Assembly (NCBI GenBank): GCA_047967505.1
Contig: CM106538.1
Strand: one strand, 5' to 3'
DNA length: 64,000 bases
From: Dipteris shenzhenensis
Taxonomy: Eukaryota
Positions 22,111 to 34,199 of the stretch are shown one piece after another (positions within the stretch are counted from its first letter, which is position 1; the number at the start of each line of letters is the position of its first letter). Under the pieces are notes generated by a model. That model searched no databases. It saw only the letters and a list, made by a program, of their open reading frames with translations, and was not told where the DNA came from. The position numbers and the translations under genes were made by a program.

Positions 22111-23949
22111 GCACATTTTGGAATTTGATATGCATGAGTCCATGGAAGACATTCTCCATAGCTTTGATCATGGGCAGCTTTAGGGAGCTTCATGGTAGCA
22201 TACACTGACATAAAGCCTCAACTTGAGACATGTGGATGTGTAAGTGAAAAAGCTTTTTTACACTGGTGCAAAAGAAAAGAGAAGAAACTTACGTGGAATG
22301 GGAGAAGACTGCCAATTGCATAAATGAGCAAAGAGGCCCATGGCTGCTACTACTCTTGCTGCTATTGTTCTTGCTACTACCGACTGATGGAAGGACAATT
22401 TAAAATTTGTGAAAGCGAGAAAAATTCCATCTTTTGAGTGTAGGCAAGGATCGATTCTTATGAGATGGCAAGTAGATTAGGGGGGAAGATGAATTGTAGA
22501 AAGCCAAGGTGTCCGACCCTTTTTTGTAAATGTTGCTAAATCGTGTGCTCTATTGAAGATGAATCACAGAAAGCCACAGTGGCTGAGCTTTTTTTGTAAA
22601 TGTTTCTAAACCATGTGCTCTATTTGTTGCTTATCCAGAGGCTCTATAAGCCCAACCTTTTCATGTTGACAAGGCCATAATCTCAACCTTATGGGTCCAA
22701 AAATATTTGGGCGTGTATCCTTCTTTAGGATGATTTGTTAACACCATTTAGGAAGCTAGAAATGTGATTTAGAAGAGAAGCTCGGGAAAACGTTACATTT
22801 CAATGTGGTTGTGATGATGAGCAGGAGAGTAATGCAGGAGTAATGCAAGGCCAACCCCAATTGCAATTCAATTTCCCTAGCTCTTGGATCCCTATCATTT
22901 CCATATTCAATATGAGAGCCTCCAATACAAGAATCATGGAGGTCTTCGATCTTCCTGGACAAGCTTGAGTTGTGATGTATCCTTTGTCATTGGCAAGAAT
23001 TCGGATGTCTTTTGTGGGATAGTTGAAAGAGCCTCCAGACTAATGGGTGGGAGATTATTACCAAAGTCATGTTTGGGCATTCCCCAATTCATGTCATGTG
23101 TGTAAGAAGCAATCGCTCTTTGCAAAAATTGACCAGACAAGTAGTTAAAAGAATCAGATAACATTGGTCTAAAAGCTCTTGGAAACCACTTCCACCTCTG
23201 TGTACACTTCCCATCTCTATTTTGTTCTTGAGCTTCTTCTTTATGAGGACTGCTGCTACAAGGATGTGATCTGAGCTCTCCTTATGAGGAGAAGATCTAC
23301 CTCTGGACTGCATGGATATGTTTTTAGCAATGTGTGATTGATCAAATGATTGAATTGATACTTACAAGAAGATTTTGAACTACTATAGGAAGATATCCAA
23401 CTGCTTCTCCATCTCAAAATGGATTTTTTCAAATTCTCCATTGCCTGGAAACGTTTTGAGTAAGTTATATAGACAATTGACTAGCAGTACAGTATACCCT
23501 TTAGGAAAAACATATTTGGAAAGCGTTTACAATTAGGGTAGCACTCCTTTTTAATCTGATTGGATCATTCATCTATGTTACTCACCTCACCTCATTCACA
23601 AAGACCACTAAAGAAACTCTCTGACCTCATCAATGTACACACGTCCTTATTAACATAGTTTCTCTTTTGCATAGCTAAAACTTCACTTATGAGCTGCCAT
23701 TTATGCCTCACCATCCTCAAATCGGTGGTTTCACTTCCTCACTAAGGCAAAACCACTCCCACATTTTAAGTTGCACTATCATCGAATTAAATTTAAGAAT
23801 AAGACGAGCTTTCTAAGGAGTTACTTATTACCAAGAATAAAATGTTGAATAGGTAGAGGCATGGAAGCAACTTTAGCGAAATCTACAACAGGAGCATCAT
23901 CTCTACTCAATACTAGGAAAATGAAGTCATTCTCCTTCTCCAACCAACA

Positions 23950-24580
23950 TTTTCTCCTTCTAAAGAGGGAGAATAGTGAGATAAAAGGCAAGTTTCAAAA
24001 TCTAGAGAGAGAAAAACTGCTGAGCTCAACCTCAACAATCCAATCCCTCCTGAAGTTTTATATGAGGAGCTAGTTTCTTCTCTGATGGAAGAGTTGCATA
24101 AGAAGCTTAAGGGAGAGATTCAAGAGAAGTTCAAAGGAGAGATAAAGAGCTCTTTAGGTACACACATTTAGAAAGAAGTAAACGAGTAAGCTGAAAGGTA
24201 GGTCAACTCAAAGAAAATAAGAATTGGAGGACTACTAGACAATTGGAATGTAGCAAAAGATAGTGGGAGTGAGACCTTCAAAAAACTCAACAAAGCTCTA
24301 CCAGGAATTGAGCGGGAAGATGTAGAATTTGACATTGGACAGGAAGGAGCTCACATTATTCTCACTTTTGGAACAAGAGAGGGAAAAATACATATTCTTA
24401 GACTACTGTCTAACAAGCTGAAAGGGCTTCGAGTGTGGATTGCAAAGGAACTCAGCTGAAGAGCAAAGCCTCAGACCTTGCAAAGGTGAAGGCAGCTAGA
24501 AGGGAAGGAAAATGGGATGCCTACCAAGATGGTAAGGCATTGATTAAAGATTTCAAAGCAAAACCAATAGACCCTCAATC
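23950..24580 (+). mobile_element. Probable non-LTR retrotransposon ORF1 remnant
   Basis: Degenerate coiled-coil then IILTF..KLKGLRVWIAKEL..LAKVKAARREGKW pattern. Confidence 0.45.
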
Positions 24581-26299
24581 TATAACTGATGTATGATCTT
24601 TGCTTTCCCTTTTTCTATTTTGGTTTGTCATATGTACTAGTTAAACCAGTTGTAATTGGAAGTTTATGTGATTATCTGTCTCTTGAGACTTAATATAAAA
24701 AAACACTTCTTTTTTCCTCCTTTAAAAAAAACTTTAGCAGAATCTCATCTGTGAGTATAATAGAATACAAAACCTTAGGGCATGTCTCCAAACTTTCTGT
24801 GCAAAAAAGCCCATTAAAAACTTTAGCAAAAACTCATGTGAGTGTAATATAATACAAAACTAGCTTGGGGCATGTCTCCAAATTTTCTCAACAAAAAAGC
24901 CCATATCCACAAAATCAAATGGAAACTTGCCACATTAGCTCACAAAATTATGTTCCATTGAGCTGAGTGGAATGTGTTTATATGTCCCCTCATTATCAAT
25001 GCCAAAATCACCTTGAAAAGTAAAGAATTAGGTGTTTTACTTTGTCACGATATTTGAGATACTTTCGGGTTCGCATTGCTTGAAAATCTCTAATGATTTA
25101 TGTCTCTAGATTTATAGACGGAGGAAGGATATTTGAGACACTTTCAGTTTTGCATTGTTCAAAAATATCTATTGATTAATAATGTCTCCATCGTCATAGA
25201 TGGAGAGGCAAAGTGAGCCAAAAAGCATAGGCACACTAGAATGATCTCATAGATAGTTTGATTGTAGCAGGTTTGGCACAATTTATTTGATTGAAGCTCA
25301 AAGTTGTGTGAGATATTTTGCTTTCTACAAAGCTATCACATTGTGTGTCATGATTGTAATTGAAGGGCCTTTGAAATAGCAGATTCCTAGCCATCATACC
25401 TATAGGGTTGATGATCACCCAATTCCTTGTCTAGATTCTTCCCCTCCTTGGCCTCCAAAGCGCCACTACTCCACTGTTTGATATGGCAAGATAGCTCAGG
25501 AAACATCCCCAATTCATGCATGCCAATTGTTGCTTGAACCATGTGCCATGGTCTCATTCTTCCATCTACCTCCACCTGTGAGAACTAGAAGAGAAGCTGG
25601 TTGTGTACATATATTGAAGCATATGTGTAGCAAGCGATCAATCATGATCTGCAATGCCAGGGATGCTTGAGGGAGAGGTTTCTCTATTCATAATCATATT
25701 TTTTCTAGTTACGTGCGTTCTTATAGAATAAGATCAAAATATTGCTGTGTATTTTTATTATGTGCAATCCACGATAGAGTGAGAAGTGGATCATGAATAA
25801 AACAAGGTGTCAAAAGACGAGATATCAAAGACCAAGTTATTTCTTGGTTTGCAATCAATTTTTTAGAGGCAATCTATTCATGCATTCATTTGTTTTAACA
25901 TTGCATTGTGTTTGTATCTCAATAGTGAAGGTCGATGGCAGTAAATGTGATTGATGATGTAGATGCACAGAACGGTAATGCTGCACAGAATTCATAGCAG
26001 CAATCACAAAATATTAGTGGACCACTTATGGATAGCAAGGAAAACGTGGATATATGATTTACAGAGAGGTAGACAAGATGTTAGTCACTTTTGGCAAGCT
26101 GCATCCCTTCGTGTCTACTCTTGGCATGAATCTCTGCAAGACTATCTCGAGAGATATTGTTAATGATAGGCATAAAATTTTGAGGCTTTTGACTCACGCA
26201 TGCAAATGAATCCAAAAGATGGGAAGAAGAACTATGTGATTACTTAAAGTGCATAGAGAGTTGTCTATGGGTAACCGAATGGGTCTTCACTATTTTTCC

Positions 26300-27000
26300 T
26301 GAGGTCATAAACTTGAGCATAGGGGCTAGAGGCGGGCATTTTCTCATAAAGGCCTTTGGCATGCACTTACTTCATGCTACTGTCCTCCTTGTTGTGAGGG
26401 TCTTGCATCTTATTCCTTAGCCCTTCGGGTTATGTGCAAGTTGGTTGCTTTTTTTTTCTACCATTGCTAGTACATGGTTTCTCCTATTTCTTCAAAACAA
26501 GGTTCTCTTAAGTATATCAGCTGCTCTTCCTTCCTAAAAAATGTGGTTGCCATAACTTGGGAAATCTTGATGCGTTTTTGTCTTGTTAACTTCTTCCTTT
26601 TTCCTAGCTCATCTCTTAGCACTTTCTTTTACAAACTCCAGAAAATATGTCCATTTGTGGTCTAAGTTGAGTGGTCTACACAAAGTCTGAAAATTGGGAG
26701 GCCTTCCTTGCATCAAGTCTATAGCTTGATGGCTAAGACCCTTTTAGTGATTAAGCCTGAGTTGTACTAGTCTTTCCCATCCAATGTGGACTTTAAGGGG
26801 ATAGTGGTCAGATTCGGGCTGAAGCTCTATCAAGGTAAATTGCTTGATGTGCCCAAAAAATGTATATTGTACTAATACGCAATCAATGCAACTACTACCT
26901 ATATTTGTAAGGCAAGTGAAGGCCCATGTGTCCTCCATTTAGGATAAACATATTTATACTCTTGCTAGACATTTGCCATGGTTGTCCACACAATGTGTTA
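26300..27000 (-). mobile_element. LINE APE-endonuclease/linker remnant
   Basis: FTCLTNIGSSCIDCVLV..PESDHYPL. Confidence 0.6.
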
Positions 27001-27638
27001 TCCAATCACATTTCCTTGACATCTAGCTCTATATGCCAAAAGAAAAGCTCATCTTGATTTCAATATAAGTCTCAAGGTCTCTAAAAGGGTCATCTTTTGT
27101 GTGAGCTTCATGCATATAGAAAATAGAGTCATTTTCAACTCAGCAGGGCTATCGTGGGGCCACTCAGTCTCAGCATTGCAATGCTTAACGTTTAGAGGTG
27201 TGAGTGGCGTGGGGAAGCGCTCTAAGCTCGCCAACTGGCACTGCGTTTCCTTAGGATAATTTTGCAGCAGGCCTGAGTCTCTGGGATTAATGGCTAGTCC
27301 GGTCGGGAGGGTGTGAAACTTCCCATACTCTCCATTATATTCCATGGATGACTTCTCTCCTTAGGCCTTCAATCATCTTGGAATGTGGGCAATTCACTTG
27401 AATCAAAGTGCTGTCCCTCCTCATCTTCTTCGCTTCAAAGCTTCAACCTTGCCTGGATATCTAATACACGAGGGCCATTGAAATATGAGTTGTTCTTGAT
27501 TTCTATTCCACAGCCTCAATTCCCATGTTTCCTCACTTTGCTAACTGCCTTCACAGGCCATGTGCCCATGCATTATTTTTTTGTCAACACCCAGCCTCCC
27601 CCAACTCCACCATACATAGGACACCTACGACCTTCTGC

Positions 27639-27723
27639 AAAAGCAGATAGATCAAGTACTGAGCGCTTATGGAAGTAGTAATTCACCGATCCCTCCCAGT
27701 CGTTTGACAATCGTAACAGCAAA
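27639..27723 (+). pseudogene. Broken exon encoding the first half of an OSB-type PDF motif, upstream of PPR copy 2
   Basis: KADRSSTERLWK**FTDPSQSFDNRNSK followed by donor-like GTACGT; homologous to 58675-58591. Confidence 0.75.
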
Positions 27724-27753
27724 GTACGTGTATCAACCAGCTGAAGTCAATCC

Positions 27754-29607
27754 ATGGAGACCGCAAACAAGGCCATGGACAGCCCCATAGCACAGCTGCT
27801 GCCAGAGCTTAGCTTAGAGGAGGTACTCGCTTCTTTGGAACGCTTGCCCCATCAGCCTCCGGTTGAAAACTTGGCAAGCATCTTGCGCAGGTGCAGAAAA
27901 CACAAAAATCCAGCGTATGCCCTGCGCTTGCATGCCTACCTGCGCAAGAGTAGGCTGGAAGCTCATAAGTCACTCGGGAATTACCTCGTCCCAATGCTCG
28001 TGGAAGTTGGAAGCATGTGTAATGCCCAGCAGGTTTTTGATAGGTTGGTTGATCGGAATGAGTATTCCTGGACTTCTCTCATCACAGGTTATATTGAATG
28101 TGGGGAGGTCGAGCATGCCTTCGTACTGCACCAAAAAATGCAGGAGGATTGTGTACATCCTAGTGGGCATACGTTCGTGGGCTTACTAAAGGCTTGTGCC
28201 AGGATGAAAGATACAAAAAGAGGCCAAGAAATACATGCTGAGATTGCGAGAAAGGGGTTGTTGGAAAGAGATCCTTTCGTCGGTAACACGTTGGTTGATA
28301 TGTATGCCAAGTGTGGCTTGCTTACAAAAGCACAGGAAGTGTTCAACAAACTTCCAGTTCGAGATGTAGTCTCTTCGAATGCACTCATTGCAGGGTATGC
28401 TGAACATGACCTTGGTCAGGATGCACTGGGCTGTTTCGAACAAATGCAATTGGCAGGTCTCTCTCCTAATGCGGTCACATTTGTTTGCAGCTTGAAAGCT
28501 TGTGGCAGCATAAGAGCAATAGACAAGGGCCAAGAAATACATGCTGAGATTGCGAGAAGGGGGGGATTGGAAAGAAATCTTTTTGTTGGGAGCACCTTGG
28601 TTGATATGTATGCCAAGTGTGGCTTTCTTGCAAAAGCACAGGAAGTGTTCGACAAACTTCCAGTTCGAGATGCGGTCTCGTGGACTGCACTTATCGCAGG
28701 GTATGCTGAACATGACCTTGGTCAGAATGCACTGAACTGTTTCGGACAAATGCAATTGGAGGGCGTCTCTCCTAATGCAGCCACATTTGTTTGCAGCTTG
28801 AAAGCTTGTGGCAGCATTGGAGCCATAGACAAGGGCCAAGAAATACATGCTGAGATTGCGAGAAAGGGGTTGTTGGAAAGAAATCCTTTTGTTGGTAGCA
28901 CCTTGCTTGATATGTATGCCAAGTGTGGCTTGCTTGCAAAAGCACAGGAAGTTTTTGAAAAACTTCCAGTTCGCAATGCGGTCTCGTGGACTGCACTTAT
29001 TGCAGGGTATGCTCAGCTAGGAGAGAGTGAAAAGGTTTTTCTTCTACTTGACAGAATGAGAGCAGAAGACATAAAACCAGATGGGGTCACATTCCTTAGC
29101 ATTCTTACTGTATGCAATCACACAGGTATGGTGGAGAAGGGCCAGACATACTTTGAGGCCATGAGCAAAGACTATGGCATCACTCCAACTATTGAGCACC
29201 ACCATTGCATGGTTGATCTCCTTTGCCGTGCAGGCCAATTAGACAAGGCAGTATTGATGATAAAGAAGATGCCGTTGAATCCTAATCTTGAATTGTGGAA
29301 TGCTGTGTTGGGTGCTTGTCGGAAGTGGGGGAATGTGGAGCTTGGAAGGTGGGCCTTTGAACATGCAATGGAATTGGATAAAAAGGATGCTGCAGCTTAT
29401 GTCTTGATGTCTAACATCTATGCTGATGCTCACATGCAGGAGGACTCTAAGCAGGTTGAGTTCATGAGATCAAAAGAAGCACAGAAGAAGCCTGGACAGA
29501 GTTGGACTGATGTCGGCGGAATTGTGCATTCAGTTTTGGTAGGGGATACAGGACAATCCCAAAGCAATTATATATATGAAAAGCTAGAAGATCTTTCTTT
29601 CAAATAA
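27754..29607 (+). CDS. PLS-class PPR protein, copy 2: L-S-(P1L1S1)x3-P2L2S2-E1E2 plus start of DYW
   Basis: 617-aa open frame, paralogous to copy 1; ends after KKPGQSWTD..KLEDLSFK at a 1-nt deletion. Confidence 0.92.
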   Translation: METANKAMDSPIAQLLPELSLEEVLASLERLPHQPPVENLASILRRCRKHKNPAYALRLHAYLRKSRLEAHKSLGNYLVPMLVEVGSMCNAQQVFDRLVDRNEYSWTSLITGYIECGEVEHAFVLHQKMQEDCVHPSGHTFVGLLKACARMKDTKRGQEIHAEIARKGLLERDPFVGNTLVDMYAKCGLLTKAQEVFNKLPVRDVVSSNALIAGYAEHDLGQDALGCFEQMQLAGLSPNAVTFVCSLKACGSIRAIDKGQEIHAEIARRGGLERNLFVGSTLVDMYAKCGFLAKAQEVFDKLPVRDAVSWTALIAGYAEHDLGQNALNCFGQMQLEGVSPNAATFVCSLKACGSIGAIDKGQEIHAEIARKGLLERNPFVGSTLLDMYAKCGLLAKAQEVFEKLPVRNAVSWTALIAGYAQLGESEKVFLLLDRMRAEDIKPDGVTFLSILTVCNHTGMVEKGQTYFEAMSKDYGITPTIEHHHCMVDLLCRAGQLDKAVLMIKKMPLNPNLELWNAVLGACRKWGNVELGRWAFEHAMELDKKDAAAYVLMSNIYADAHMQEDSKQVEFMRSKEAQKKPGQSWTDVGGIVHSVLVGDTGQSQSNYIYEKLEDLSFK

Positions 29608-29890
29608 GGGAAGAAGGATATGTGTCAAATTTGCTTTGGGGACAGGACATATCTGATAATTTAAAGGAATTTGAGTTTTGTCGGTATAGCGAGAAGCTTG
29701 TTATCGCTTGTGCCCTGATTAATACACCCAAGGGGGTATCCATACATGTAAAAAATCCTAGTGTTTGCAGAGACTCTCATTTGGCTACAGCATCTAATCC
29801 AAAGTAGATCAACAAAATATTCTTGTTAGAGATACTAATTGCTCTCATGCTTTAAAGGATGGAAGTTCTTCTTGTGGGGACTATTGGTAA
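29485..29890 (+). pseudogene. Full-length but degenerate DYW domain of PPR copy 2
   Basis: Across two frameshifts: REEGYV..CRYSEKLVIACALINTPKG..VCRDSH..ILVRDTNCSHALKDGSSSCGDYW*; HSE to YSE and CxxC to CxxS. Confidence 0.9.
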
Positions 29891-30780
29891 TCCTAGTATA
29901 ACTGTGGTAGCTTTTGTTCCTCTTATTTGAAATGTTGATGCTAGCGTGAAATAAACATAGCTAAGGCGGACTCAGACCAGGAGAATGGAAGGATGAAGGT
30001 GAGCTGGAATCAGTGTTCTGTAGTGAACAAGGTTGTGAATCTGTTCTTTAAATCAAGCAGTTTTTAGGAATCCGATCTCCTTTTGCTCCATATCAGAAAA
30101 CCTCAAAAGACGTTTATTTTTTGCAAAGTAAGCTCGTTACTTTTCCACGATTTTGTTAAGTGTGGTGTTTGCATTTTGTTATTACAGATTCGCCCTCACT
30201 ATAATGACTTCCCTTGTTAAAGTGGACAAAGTCTGCTTATTACAGATTTGTCCCCACTGTTGAATTCCCTTGTTAATGTGGACAGAGTCTTCTATGAGCT
30301 ATCTCTAGTTTTTAAATTGGACAAAATCTTCTCTGAGCTAGTTCTAGTATTTTAGTTTTGAAGTTTGTTACCTAGGCTATTATATTTTGTCTCTTCTTTT
30401 GCATAAGAAGGTGTTATATCTACTGAGGATGGAAAGTTTTAAAGTTGAAATGATATTGCTATATTTCTATGAATGAATTTGTGCAACCAAGTACTTTAGG
30501 TACCCTAAGTTCTACTAAGACATTTCTAGGCCATACCATTGAGCAGAGATTTGTAGGAATATTACAATGGTATGGCTACGTAAGCAAAACTATAGCTAGG
30601 TTAAGCTAGTTATGGCAGTTTGGGGTTTCATACATAACCCAAGGTTTCGTATTTTCAATTGTTTTGAATGAAGTTTTGCTCTTCCATGTTGTATGAGTTA
30701 GCTCCCTTCTCCCCTTTGGTCGACTACCAAGAGGCCTCAAGCTCAATAACTATCACACAACTGAATAATTTGATGGTCAC

Positions 30781-31830
30781 GAGGATTACCAAAAAGCGAG
30801 CGACAAAAAGCGAGCAAGCCAAAAAAAGCGAGCGATAAAAAACAATAAAAGATTTATAACCATTTTAGTAGCAAAAAATAATATCTTATTCAAAAGTGCA
30901 TATATTCCCTCAATGCCAGAAGGTTAAACATGCATATAACTTTAAATCTATTAACACTAATTTCACATTATCCATGAGACAGTTTGTATGTTTAACTTCC
31001 AAGTCATTGTTTGTATCAAAGACAAACCCTATTGCAATCAAGTTCTCTCTTTCCACTAGAGTAATTGAGATCATCTTTCCAAGGACTCCTTGCATGGATT
31101 AGTCTAGATTCCATGCATATGTAAATGCTTAGGTTTTTTAACTCTGTTCACTCTTGAAACAAAACCCATGTTTCTTTGTTACTGCAAAAATATCCTTCCC
31201 TAATGATTTATTCTTACCTCCCACTAATCTTACCAATGCAGCAAATTGGCCACAAATTCATTTTTTGGTGCATTAAATTTTACTAGATGGTGCACAAAGA
31301 CATGATAATCGTCTAAAGTACGCCTTGCCATTTGATTTGATATGTAACATGACCCCGTTTGGACTTGTAAATCAAAAGATACAGGGATGTGAAAATGTCC
31401 TCTTTTGGGCCAAAACACGGAGCACGTTAACGCGCTCCCTGTTTTGGCCCAAAAGAGGACATTTTTACATCCCTATATTTTGGCAAGGTGTCAACATTTG
31501 ATTGTTTTGGTCCAAAAGATGAGTTTTTAACATCCCTGCATCTTTTGATTATCAAATATAAATGGCATAATGTTACATATCAAATCAAATGACAAGGCAT
31601 GATTTAGATGAATATCATGCCTTTTTGCACCATCTAAAAAACTTGTGTGCATCATAATATAAATTTTGTGACACATAACCACCTTTTTGAATACTTTATA
31701 CTTCAAGCAATTATTTTATAAAAAACTTAGATTCTTTCTTTGCTTGCTTGATTTTCCAACCACTTCAACTAATTGTTGCTCGCTTTTTTGGGCTCGCTCG
31801 CTTTTTCTCGCTCGCTCTATTGACTACCTC
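30781..31830. mobile_element. Non-autonomous Mutator-like/foldback element
   Basis: 9-bp TSD GATGGTCAC (30772-30780 and 31831-31839); imperfect TIRs starting GAGG with AAAGCGAGC subrepeats; central palindrome; empty site near 32420. Confidence 0.85.
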
Positions 31831-32339
31831 GATGGTCACCAGTAAGTGGGCAACCTCATTTATTTTTGCTCTATGAGGCTTGATACTGACTAGGCTACAA
31901 GGTTGTCAATTTTGGCATTGTCCATTGATGACAAACCATCCACTTTTGGCTATTATTTCTCATTGACGTCAGCTTGCTCAGCGAGTTAGGGACTGTCTTT
32001 CATCTAGTGAAGTGAAACATAAGGCAATGAATGCAATCACTATGGAATCCATGTGGTTAAGGGCGTTAAAACATGATCTACAATCATTCAAAAGATAGTA
32101 TAGCCACTCCACTTACTATGACAGTCGGAGTTGCATCATCATAGTAGCAATACGTCTCACATGAAGGATATTGAAAATCACCAACATTACCTTCATGGTT
32201 GTATGGAGGACAAGTCCACTGACCTCGCTATTGTCTATCCACGAACAATGTGGCAAACATCTTTGCAAAAGCACCTAAAATCCCTGATGCTTTAAAATAG
32301 TTCTTTTCTTGTATAGGCATTAAAGAATAAATATTTTTT

Positions 32340-32930
32340 TATGAGCTAGCTCCCCTCTCCCCTTTGGTCTACTACCAAGACGCCTCAAGCTCAATAACTA
32401 TAACACAACTGAATAATTTGATGGTCACCAGTAAGTGGGCGACCTCAATTTATTTTGCTCTATGAGGCTTGATATTGACTATGCTACAAGGTCATCAATT
32501 TTGGCATTGTCCATTGATGACAAACCATCCACTTTTGGCCATTATTTATCATTGACGTCAGCTTGCATTTCATGGCTCAGCAAGCTAGGGACTCTCTTTC
32601 ATCTAGTGAAGTGAAACATAAGGCAATGAATGCAATCACTATGAAATTCATGTGGTTAAGGGTGCTAAAACATGATCTACAATCATCCAAAAGATAGCGT
32701 GGCCAATCCACTTACTATGACAGTTGGAATTGCATCACCATAGTAGCAATGTCGTCTCACATGAAGGATATTGAAAATCACCAATATTATCATCAAGGTT
32801 GTATGGAGGACAAGTCCATTGACCTCGCTATTGTCTATCCAAGAACAATGTGGCAAACATCTTTGCAAAAGAACCTAAAATCCCTCATGCTTCAAAATTA
32901 GTTCTCTTATTGTATAGGCATAAAAGAGAT
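32340..32930 (+). repeat. Local duplicate of the Copia-remnant segment (30690-30780 plus 31840-32330), lacking the Mutator-like insertion
   Basis: Collinear similarity, e.g. CTCAAGCTCAATAACTAT..GATGGTCACCAGTAAGTGGGC..GCAAACATCTTTGCAAAAG. Confidence 0.85.
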
Positions 32931-33283
32931 ATTTTTTTTGGGGGGCAGAAAAAGATAGGTTTATATTGCTATAAAAAACGATGTATACATCTTAGACCTC
33001 TCCTTCATATAGGAGGAAAAAAGTGACATGAGAAAACCTGATGGTAGCATAGGAATATCATTCAAAGTTCTTTGCTTACAAAACCTGTGTTGTCTTCATT
33101 TCCTCATAGTCCAAAAATTAGGATGGTAAAAGTTCTTGAATCGACACCTGGAGTACTGTGACCGGCTTAAGCACCACAAAATAAAATTCAAACAAAAACT
33201 ATGCTTCAGTAGCATCTCTCTGAGAGGCAGTACACAAGTTGACAACTTTATCATTTTGTGTGATGAAGAAGGGTCCCCATGGG

Positions 33284-33830
33284 GCAAAGTTTCCCTTGTA
33301 ATACCTTGAGCTTGAAATATGGTATGATGAATCTAAAAGGAGGGGGATAGCCAAAATCCTCTCTAGAAGAGATCCAATCATACTTGCAAAATCATGATCT
33401 AGAGAGAGAAATACTAAAACTAGAGAGAGAACGGCTAAAAACCTACACTTTTTGAGGTCCCCCTACAAAGTGAAAGGACTCAAGAGGTTCCCCCACAAGT
33501 AGAAAATTAAAGATGTCCCCTTTGTGGGGGGAATCAAGAGGTTCCTTCAAAAGTTGGAGGGACTCAAAGAGGTCCCCCCAAGAGAGAGAACAGCTAAAAA
33601 CCTACACTTTTTGAGGTCCCCCTACAAAGTGAAAGGACTCAAGAGGTTCCCCCACAAGTAGAAAAATTAAAGATGTCCCCTTTGTGGGGGGAATCAAGAG
33701 GTTCCTTCAAAAGTTGGAGGGACTCAAAGAGGTCCCCCCACAAATTGGGGGGACTCAAGAGGTTCCCCCACAAAGTTAGAGACCCATGAAGTCCCCCCAA
33801 AAAGTGGGGGGATTCTTGTCCAAGTGCTCC
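33284..33830. repeat. Repeat arm with an almost exact ~160 bp tandem duplication (33422-33740) and GAGGTTCCCCC subrepeats; inverted partner at ~35560-35776
   Basis: CTTGAGCTTGAAATATGGTATGATGAATCT..CCAATCATACTTGCAAAATCA is reverse-complemented at 35665-35755. Confidence 0.75.
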
Positions 33831-34199
33831 CCTACAAAAGAGATCCCACCTTGGAGGTACCTATAAATTGTGTAGAGACCTGCTTTCCATGCTTTAGACT
33901 ACACCTCTCATCAAAATACGACTCGCAGACCTATGCTACACTTGTGAACACCGATGGTATAAGCAATGACACAATTGTAGGTGACCAACACACTTGAAAC
34001 CTAGAAAATCAAAAGGAAAATTGCACACGGTACTTAGTAATAGCTCTCTATATTCTAAGATTCAATCTCTTTCTCTAAATACAACTTATCTTGCAACAAC
34101 TGTGAGTAGATACCAATTGACAGATAGATCTACAAAGGTACAACGTTTTAGTTATGACTCTTCATATCTTATATTTAGCTTAAACATATACTCTCGAAT

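Noticed and set aside
25400-26290. Exon-like and transposase-like fragments
   Set aside because: No recognisable motif in any frame; not supportable without a search
27140-27320. GC-richer structured stretch near LINE remnants as a possible self-cleaving ribozyme
   Set aside because: Could not build an HDV-like or hammerhead fold by eye; needs an Infernal/RNArobo search
29485-29890. U-to-C (DYW:KP) editing factor
   Set aside because: The motif is PGQSW with a DYW end, not KPAxAxIE
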